This document shows positions 57,487-64,000 of a DNA stretch of 64,000 nt, piece by piece; position 1 is the stretch's first letter, and the number at the start of each line of letters is the position of its first letter. The notes beneath the pieces were generated by a model. That model searched no databases. It was given only the letters and a program-made list of their open reading frames with translations, and was not told the origin of the DNA. The stretch lies in NCBI GenBank assembly GCA_041690295.1, contig JAWLHR010000001.1:224001-288000 (forward strand), read 5' to 3'. Position numbers and translations under genes: made by a program. This DNA comes from Bdellovibrionales bacterium (GTDB lineage Bacteria > Bdellovibrionota > Bdellovibrionia > Bdellovibrionales > UBA1609).

Positions 57487-58872
57487 ATGAGCATACGATC
57501 TATTTTTTTATTGTCGGTCTTGTTGATTTACACCGGGCTCGTTTCGGCTCAATCCGAATCCCACATCTACATCGACGTGGGTCAAGGAAACGTTAAGAAA
57601 AGCCTTTTGGCTTTGCCGCCGCTGCTTTATGCGGGAACGCAACCCACGAATAAAAGTCACATTCAGATCGGCCAGGACCTGTTTCGGGTCATTTATAACG
57701 ATCTCAGTGTTTCGAACTTTTTCACCTTCGTAAAACCTGAAGCCTACCTTGAGGATCCGGCCAAAGTCGGACTGCGCCCGGCCCCTGGCACACCGAACGG
57801 ATTCAAGTTTGAAAATTGGAAGACGATAGGCACGGAATTCTTGGTTCGCGCCGCCTACTCGGTTCTCGGCAACGACGTTTCCGTCGAGGCGTTCGTTTAC
57901 CATGTGCCCACGACAAAACAGGTTCTGGGTAAAACCTATAAAGGACCGACAGGAGCCGTACGGCGAATCGCCCACACCTTCTCGAATGATCTTGTTCAGG
58001 CTCTCACCGGAAAACGCGGAATGTTTCTCACGAAACTCGTGGCCTCGGGATTGCCGCCCGGCGGACATAAGGAAATTTATATTATGGATTGGGACGGGGC
58101 CAATCGGCAGAAAATCACCAGCATGAAGCACATCGCGATTTCACCGGCATGGTCCACCAAAGGTGACAAGATCGCTTACACCGGGTTTCCGCTTCATAAG
58201 AAAGAAAAAGTTCGCAATGCCGACTTATTTATTTACGACATCAAAACCGGTAAACGATTCCTGGTTTCGTACCATAAGGGAATTAACTCCGGCGCGGCTT
58301 TTCTGCCGGGCGATCAGTTCATCATGTTAACGCTTACAAAATCCGGAAATCCCGATCTTTACAAAATGACCGCGGACGGAAAGTCTTTGCAGCGGATCAC
58401 CAATGGGCCGAATCGGGCGATGAACGTGGAGCCGGCGATTTCTCCCGACGGAACGAAAGTGGCCTTTTCCTCGGACCGCGCGGGCCAGCCGCACATTTAC
58501 GTTATGAATATCGACGGAAGTAATGTGAAGCGCCTGACCTTCGCGGGTAAGTACAATTCTTCGCCCTCGTGGTCACCCGATGGCAAAACATTGGCCTTCG
58601 CCGGATTTGACAAAAATCACTTTGATATCTTCACCATCAACATCGATGGAACCAATCTGAAGCGATTGACGGATGCGACAAAGCCCAACGGTAAACCGGC
58701 GGATAACGAATCACCGACCTGGTCGCCGGATGGACGGCATATCATGTTCAGCAGCAACCGGAGCGGGCGGCATCAGATTTACGTCGTGAGCCCGGACGGC
58801 ACCAATGAGCGCCGGATCACTCACGACAATATCAGTTGGGAAAAACCCAAGTGGTCACCCTTCCTGGATTAG
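57487..58872 (+). CDS. tolB: TolB
   Basis: TolB_N plus PD40 repeats (SPAWS, PSWSPDG, PKWSP). Confidence 0.93.
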   Translation: MSIRSIFLLSVLLIYTGLVSAQSESHIYIDVGQGNVKKSLLALPPLLYAGTQPTNKSHIQIGQDLFRVIYNDLSVSNFFTFVKPEAYLEDPAKVGLRPAPGTPNGFKFENWKTIGTEFLVRAAYSVLGNDVSVEAFVYHVPTTKQVLGKTYKGPTGAVRRIAHTFSNDLVQALTGKRGMFLTKLVASGLPPGGHKEIYIMDWDGANRQKITSMKHIAISPAWSTKGDKIAYTGFPLHKKEKVRNADLFIYDIKTGKRFLVSYHKGINSGAAFLPGDQFIMLTLTKSGNPDLYKMTADGKSLQRITNGPNRAMNVEPAISPDGTKVAFSSDRAGQPHIYVMNIDGSNVKRLTFAGKYNSSPSWSPDGKTLAFAGFDKNHFDIFTINIDGTNLKRLTDATKPNGKPADNESPTWSPDGRHIMFSSNRSGRHQIYVVSPDGTNERRITHDNISWEKPKWSPFLD

Positions 58873-61289
58873 AGACTTATTCAAGCGAGCAGATTCAAAA
58901 GGTCCACGAGGCCAGCCGGGCCTTTACCCATTACGAACGATTTGTTCCAAACCTGATCGATCCGGTCGGCTTTCATCAACAACGTCATCAAGCCTGGATG
59001 AAAGCCGCGGCCGCCACCATTCTTGAATCCGCCGCGACCGAAACTATCTGCCGCTTTTGGAGCGATACCGCCGATGAGATATTAAAGCGGGCGTGGTCAC
59101 ATTTCCAGTTGGATCAATTTCCAGCCGCTCTATTCGCTTTAGGTAAGCTCGGAGCTCAGGAACTTAATCTCAGCTCGGATATCGACCTCCTCGTGGTCTG
59201 TGAGCCTTCCGTGGCTCGCGAGGTGGAGCGAAAATTCCGGAAATTTCGCAAGTGCCTTCACCACTCCCGCGACTTGGGCCTTTGTTTCCGTCTGGATTTT
59301 GATCTGCGCCCCGGCGGGCGCATGGGCCCCCTTCTCACTTCGCCGGATCAGTTCGAGGATTATTATTGGAGCCAAGGAGAAACCTGGGAACGGCTGGCGT
59401 TGATCCGGTTGCGCGCCATTTGCGGAGACCAGGAACTGATTCGACGAATCGAAGATTTGGCGCGCCGATTTTCTTTTCGTAAGTATCTGGATTTTACTCT
59501 GCTCGAGGATTTGAAGTCGCTTCGATCGCAAGTGCATCAATTCGGATTCCAAAGGCAGAACAATCAGATTCACATCAAATTGGAAGTGGGTGGCATTCGC
59601 GATATCGAACTTTTTGTTCATTCCCTGCAAATCCTCAATGGCGGAAAATTGGCGGAACTACGAATCCATTCAACCGGGCTTGCGATCGAGCGGCTCCGCG
59701 ATGCCGGTCTTATGGAACGGGCGGACGCCGATCGCCTGCTTGAGTCTTATTGGTGGTTTCGCCACATCGAAAATCGAGTGCAGGCCCAAGACGACCGGCA
59801 GACCCATTTTGTCGGAATCAATGAATATCCGGATTTAACCGCTCGGATGAATGAAGTGAATCGCATCGTCACCGATCTTTTGGGCGAGCCGGTCCCCGCG
59901 TCGCCGCGACTGCCGGCCGACCAGGCGGCTCAAAAGAAATGGCTGAAAAAGCTGGGCTACAGCCAGGAATCGATCCAGGAAACCTGGCCCCGGCTGATCA
60001 GCGCCACCGTGCTCTCCCACAAGAACGATCGCGACGAACGCGCCCGCCAGGAGCTGCTCTATGTCTTCGTGGAGGAACTGGCCAAACAAGCCCGGTTCGA
60101 TCAGGATCTCGGGCTCAAAGTGCTCGAAGATTTCGTGCGCTCCACTCGGGCCAAGGCGACCTTTTTCACCATGTTGCTGCGAACGCCGGGATTGATTCAG
60201 GATTTGGCGCGTTTGTTCTCGCTCTCTCCATACCTCAGCACCATTCTCGTGGCCCGACCGGAGCTTCTCGATCATTTTATCTTGCGGACCGATGATCCCT
60301 GGTCCACCGAGATGGAAACGCTTCTCCAGCAGATGAATGATCGTAAACTCCTTAATGAAATCTGGTCGGCCAACCGATTCGTCGCGGATCACGACTTGAA
60401 TGGGTTGTTCGATCGATCGACGGAAACCGCCGATGAAATTTGCCGGCAACTGCTCTTGCAACTGAAAACCGAGTTTCCCGCGTCATCGTTGGAAATCATC
60501 GCGCTTGGCAAATGGGGCGGACGCGAGTTGGGTTTGCGATCCGATTTGGATTTTATTTTCGTTTGTCCCAAGTCCCCCGTCGAGGATGACTTTAAAGTCG
60601 CCAGGCGTTTCGTATCCCGTTTGACCGATCCGCAAAAGTTTGGCCATTTGTTTGAGGTCGACTTGCGGCTTCGTCCATCGGGACACGGGGCGCTTTTGAT
60701 CGGCCTTGAGAATTTGCATTCTTTTTGGCGGGATCAGGCCCAAGCTTGGGAGCGCCAGGCGTATTTGCGTTCGCGACCGCTGGACCCCGCGATTCATTTG
60801 GACAAATCCCTTTTATTTGAGCGGCCGATCACCGAACGGGACCGGGAAGAGCTGAAAACCATCCGCGAAAAACTTCTCAAACGAAACGCCAATGATGTGA
60901 TCGACCTAAAATACGCGCCCGGCGGCCTTCTGGATATTGAATTCGTCTGCCAAATCGCGTTCCTTGATTTAGGCGCCAGCCTGGCGAGGGACGATTTCGC
61001 CAACACGGATGTCATGATCTCACGACTGGAACAGCTCGATCAAAACTGGCGAAGCACGGGCGCTAGGTTAAGAGACCTTTACCAACGGCAGCGACTGTTC
61101 GAGCAAATGTTGCAACTCGCGGCCGAGCGCAAGCAAAACACGATGCAAAAGGGAAAACCCGTCTTTGAACGAACGGCGCGTTTACTGTCCATGGATCCGG
61201 ATGACGCCTGGCTGGAAATTCAAAACCTGCAAAGCCAGTCGTGTCGATTGCTCAATTCACTGGATCCCACCGGGTTTCACCGGAGTTAA
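58836..61289 (+). CDS. glnE: Glutamine synthetase adenylyltransferase GlnE
   Basis: Two NT domains GKLGAQELNLSSDIDL and GKWGGRELGLRSDLDF; DLRLRPSG; WERQA; GGIRDIE; start may be GTG 58851. Confidence 0.9.
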   Translation: MGKTQVVTLPGLETYSSEQIQKVHEASRAFTHYERFVPNLIDPVGFHQQRHQAWMKAAAATILESAATETICRFWSDTADEILKRAWSHFQLDQFPAALFALGKLGAQELNLSSDIDLLVVCEPSVAREVERKFRKFRKCLHHSRDLGLCFRLDFDLRPGGRMGPLLTSPDQFEDYYWSQGETWERLALIRLRAICGDQELIRRIEDLARRFSFRKYLDFTLLEDLKSLRSQVHQFGFQRQNNQIHIKLEVGGIRDIELFVHSLQILNGGKLAELRIHSTGLAIERLRDAGLMERADADRLLESYWWFRHIENRVQAQDDRQTHFVGINEYPDLTARMNEVNRIVTDLLGEPVPASPRLPADQAAQKKWLKKLGYSQESIQETWPRLISATVLSHKNDRDERARQELLYVFVEELAKQARFDQDLGLKVLEDFVRSTRAKATFFTMLLRTPGLIQDLARLFSLSPYLSTILVARPELLDHFILRTDDPWSTEMETLLQQMNDRKLLNEIWSANRFVADHDLNGLFDRSTETADEICRQLLLQLKTEFPASSLEIIALGKWGGRELGLRSDLDFIFVCPKSPVEDDFKVARRFVSRLTDPQKFGHLFEVDLRLRPSGHGALLIGLENLHSFWRDQAQAWERQAYLRSRPLDPAIHLDKSLLFERPITERDREELKTIREKLLKRNANDVIDLKYAPGGLLDIEFVCQIAFLDLGASLARDDFANTDVMISRLEQLDQNWRSTGARLRDLYQRQRLFEQMLQLAAERKQNTMQKGKPVFERTARLLSMDPDDAWLEIQNLQSQSCRLLNSLDPTGFHRS

Positions 61290-62021
61290 TTAAAGTTCGA
61301 TGTCTTGATGAAGCAAGACGATTTCGATTCGGGAGTTCAGCGGCATCCGCTCACCCTGATAAACCGGACGACTGTCGCCGAACGAGGCCGCCACCAACTG
61401 ATTGGGCCGTAATTTCTGCTTGGTTTGGACATAACGAAGAAGATTAATCGCGCGAGCGGATGCGAAGTCCCAGGTCGAGCGGGTGTTGCCTTTTTCATCC
61501 GGGGCGGCATGCCCTTCAATGAGAACCCGGCGCTTCAAGAGCGGCAAAATCTCGCTCAATTGATCCAAAAACTTGACCGCATCGGGCCTGAATTTCTCGT
61601 TTCCGGCCGCGAAGAGCGCCGACGAATTCAGAGTGATTCTCACGCCCCATTGGTCGGCACCCAAATCGGAAATATACTTTTTGCGTTGTTCGGGTGTGAA
61701 TTTTTCCTCGATGAAACGTTCGGCTCGATCCAGAGTTTCCGCGAGCTCCGGTTTGCTGGGCCGAAAGGTCGGAATCGGTGGTTCTATGAGCTGGTTGTTC
61801 TTTTCGCCCTGATTGATCTGCTGACCGGATTCACCAAACGACCCCGCTTTGATCAGGTACCGTTTGATCGATTCCTGAAACTCCTTGGCCTTCTCAAGAT
61901 CCTTTTCCGACGTGGCGTAAAGAACGGCGAAGAACGCGAACATCAAAGTGATAAAATCCGCGTACGAGACAAGCCAACGCTCATGGTTGGCTTCATGCTC
62001 TTCTTTCGTTTCCCGCTTCAT
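61290..62021 (-). CDS. motB: Stator protein MotB
   Basis: HERWLVSYADFITLMFAFF; OmpA-like C-terminus. Confidence 0.9.
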   Translation of the reverse strand: MKRETKEEHEANHERWLVSYADFITLMFAFFAVLYATSEKDLEKAKEFQESIKRYLIKAGSFGESGQQINQGEKNNQLIEPPIPTFRPSKPELAETLDRAERFIEEKFTPEQRKKYISDLGADQWGVRITLNSSALFAAGNEKFRPDAVKFLDQLSEILPLLKRRVLIEGHAAPDEKGNTRSTWDFASARAINLLRYVQTKQKLRPNQLVAASFGDSRPVYQGERMPLNSRIEIVLLHQDIEL

Positions 62022-62776
62022 GAGGCCGAAACATCCAGTGTGAACGGACGCATTTTCTGTTCAATCAAATAAGGATTCAATCCGCTGACCACGGCCAGCG
62101 CGCCTTCTAAAATCATCTGTTCGGTTTCCGAACGGAATTTGATCAGGGCTTTCAGTTTGTTAGCGATGGGAATAAAGACCAAGTTAGCTGAACCCACACC
62201 GTAAACCGTCGCCACGAAGGCCACCGCGATACCATGTCCAAGCAAAGCGGTATCGGTTATATTGGCCATGACGCTGATCAATCCCAAAACAGCGCCGATA
62301 ATGCCGATGGTGGGCGCGAAGCCTCCGGCATCCATCCAAACTTTCGCGGCGGCCAGCTTACGCCGTTCGTTCAATGAGATCTCTTCTTCAAAGATCTTAC
62401 GTAAAACTTCCGGCTCCACGCCGTCGATGGCGAAGCGGTACACCGTGCGCATGAAGGGGTCGTGCATTTTAGAGAGGTTTTTTTCCAGGGCCAGAATGGT
62501 TTCGCGGCGAGCGGTCTGGGCCGATTGAATAATTTCAGCGGCGATGCGATTCCGTTCTTCCACTTCGTTGCTGCGAAAGACCTGACCCAGATATTCCAAC
62601 GCGAGTTTTAGATCTTCACTGCGATTGGAAACCACAGTGGCGCCGATGGTCCCGCCGAAAACAATGAAAGCCGCGGTCAATTGCAGAAGTGAACCGATAC
62701 TGCCGCCTTCGAGGAGATTTCCGACGATGATTCCGCCGATGCCTACAATAAGCCCGATAATCGTCGTCATCTGCAT
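62018..62776 (-). CDS. motA: Stator protein MotA
   Basis: IVFGGT, ARRETILALE, APTIGIIGAVLGLI, AFVATVYG. Confidence 0.93.
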   Translation of the reverse strand: MQMTTIIGLIVGIGGIIVGNLLEGGSIGSLLQLTAAFIVFGGTIGATVVSNRSEDLKLALEYLGQVFRSNEVEERNRIAAEIIQSAQTARRETILALEKNLSKMHDPFMRTVYRFAIDGVEPEVLRKIFEEEISLNERRKLAAAKVWMDAGGFAPTIGIIGAVLGLISVMANITDTALLGHGIAVAFVATVYGVGSANLVFIPIANKLKALIKFRSETEQMILEGALAVVSGLNPYLIEQKMRPFTLDVSAS

Positions 62777-62794
62777 GTAACTCTCTCCCCAGCC

Positions 62795-63244
62795 TTAGAA
62801 ATGGCTAAGATTCTTCTCTCGCGCGAAATTCAAATCATTGGTGGTCACTCTCAACCGGCCACAAAGGAATTGAGAAAGCTCCCGATAGAATTTAAGAGCC
62901 GCGCCCTGGTTCTTTTCCAAAAACAAACGCAGCTTTTCATAGGGAATCTCGATCAGTTCACTGGCTTCGACCGCCTCGGCGGTCGCCGAACGGGGCTGAC
63001 CATCGACAAATGACATTTCACCGAAATGACTTCCCGTCCCCAATTTGGCCACGACGATCGCATTCTGCTGTATATTCACGGAACCAAATTTGATCAGATA
63101 AAGAGCGGTGGCCGGTTCACCTTTGATGAAAATCGTGTCTCCACGATTGTATTGCTTTACAGTTCCCGTTTCGCCGATGGCGTCGAGTTCAGAACCTTCA
63201 AAGGTTTTGAAAAGATAGACGTTCTGCAGCAGCGTGCGGCTCAT
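62795..63244 (-). CDS. Stand-alone cyclic-nucleotide-binding domain protein
   Basis: GEPATALYLI, FGEMSFVDGQPRSATA; no HTH. Confidence 0.9.
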   Translation of the reverse strand: MSRTLLQNVYLFKTFEGSELDAIGETGTVKQYNRGDTIFIKGEPATALYLIKFGSVNIQQNAIVVAKLGTGSHFGEMSFVDGQPRSATAEAVEASELIEIPYEKLRLFLEKNQGAALKFYRELSQFLCGRLRVTTNDLNFAREKNLSHF

Positions 63245-63331
63245 GTTGTCCCCTAAGGTGAGTATCCCAAATCAAAGGTTATCATCAGTTCCAGGATGAA
63301 TCCAACCGGCTTTCGGTGTAGGAAAGTACCA

Positions 63332-64000
63332 ATGTCGACATTGGTAACGGGCGCGACTGGCTTTGTGGGATCCTGGCTTGTCCGACGATTGGTTGAATCG
63401 GGCGAACGAGTCTGTGTGCTTCACCGGTCCACATCCTCTTTAGACGAGTTAGCCGGACTTTCGTACGAGTCGCGAATCGGCGACATCACGGATCCCGAAT
63501 CCATTGAAAACGCGCTGAAAGGAATAAATACGGTTTACCACCTGGCCGGCCTGGTGGGATACACACGCGCTTTGCGTGGAGCCATGGAGAAAGTGAATGT
63601 CGAGGGAACCCGCAACGTCGTTAACGCCGTCAAAAAATCCGACGCCAAACTGGTGTACATGAGTTCGGTCGTGGCCATCGGCGCGAGTTTTGACGGCACA
63701 CCACTTAACGAAGATAGCCCTTACAATGTCGCCCACCTCGACCTTGGTTATTTTGAGACCAAGAGGCGGGCCGAAGAAATCGTGAAAGAGGCGTGCGATC
63801 GCGGGGAAATTCAGGCGGTGATCCTGAATCCCTCGACCATCTATGGTCCAGGCGACGCCAAGAAGGGAAGCCGCAAAACCCAGATCAAAGTGGCCCGAGG
63901 GCAACTCCCGTTTTACACTTCCGGAGGAGTTAGCGTGGTTTCCGTGCACGATGTGGTCGACGCTGTTATCAAGGCTCACGACCTAGGTCGAAACGGAGAG
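63332..64000 (+). CDS. NAD-dependent epimerase/dehydratase (dihydroflavonol-reductase-like), runs off window end
   Basis: Manual translation MSTLVTGATGFVGSWLV...GDITD...YHLAG...NVEGT...YFETK...YGPGD. Confidence 0.9.
   Translation, partial: MSTLVTGATGFVGSWLVRRLVESGERVCVLHRSTSSLDELAGLSYESRIGDITDPESIENALKGINTVYHLAGLVGYTRALRGAMEKVNVEGTRNVVNAVKKSDAKLVYMSSVVAIGASFDGTPLNEDSPYNVAHLDLGYFETKRRAEEIVKEACDRGEIQAVILNPSTIYGPGDAKKGSRKTQIKVARGQLPFYTSGGVSVVSVHDVVDAVIKAHDLGRNGE

Overview
Bacterial chromosomal segment, most likely from a predatory Bdellovibrionota organism (inference from ybaB-recR-mglA with no mglB, an MglA P-loop GPSLGGKT, and many orphan secreted lipoproteins). The housekeeping backbone comprises recR, mglA, nadA, lon-clpX-clpP, pepA, gshA, tig, ftsE-ftsX-envC-ctpA, Rrf2-sufBCDS-nfu, tolQRAB, glnE and motAB. 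Accessory or unusual parts: (1) a compact chemosensory locus (cheW, cheA, cheY, STAS-CheX fusion, MCP, CheR-REC-CheB triple fusion) that encloses a porin plus a small periplasmic binding protein; (2) a DUF3015 / DUF4105 / alpha-beta hydrolase trio; (3) a ~2 kb integrase-less island in tRNA-Val(TAC), bounded by a 62-bp direct repeat and carrying a trypsin-like protease; (4) an HNH nuclease gene surrounded and interrupted by a short palindromic repeat (ACAAGTCCCGGGACCAGTTC) and followed by a degenerate ~31-34 bp array, with the same palindrome also bracketing a methyltransferase gene about 26 kb away; (5) an unannotated 36-aa K/R-rich microprotein and a three-hairpin candidate sRNA. No CRISPR-Cas, rRNA or intact transposase was seen. 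All calls come from reading motifs by eye; no database searches were run.
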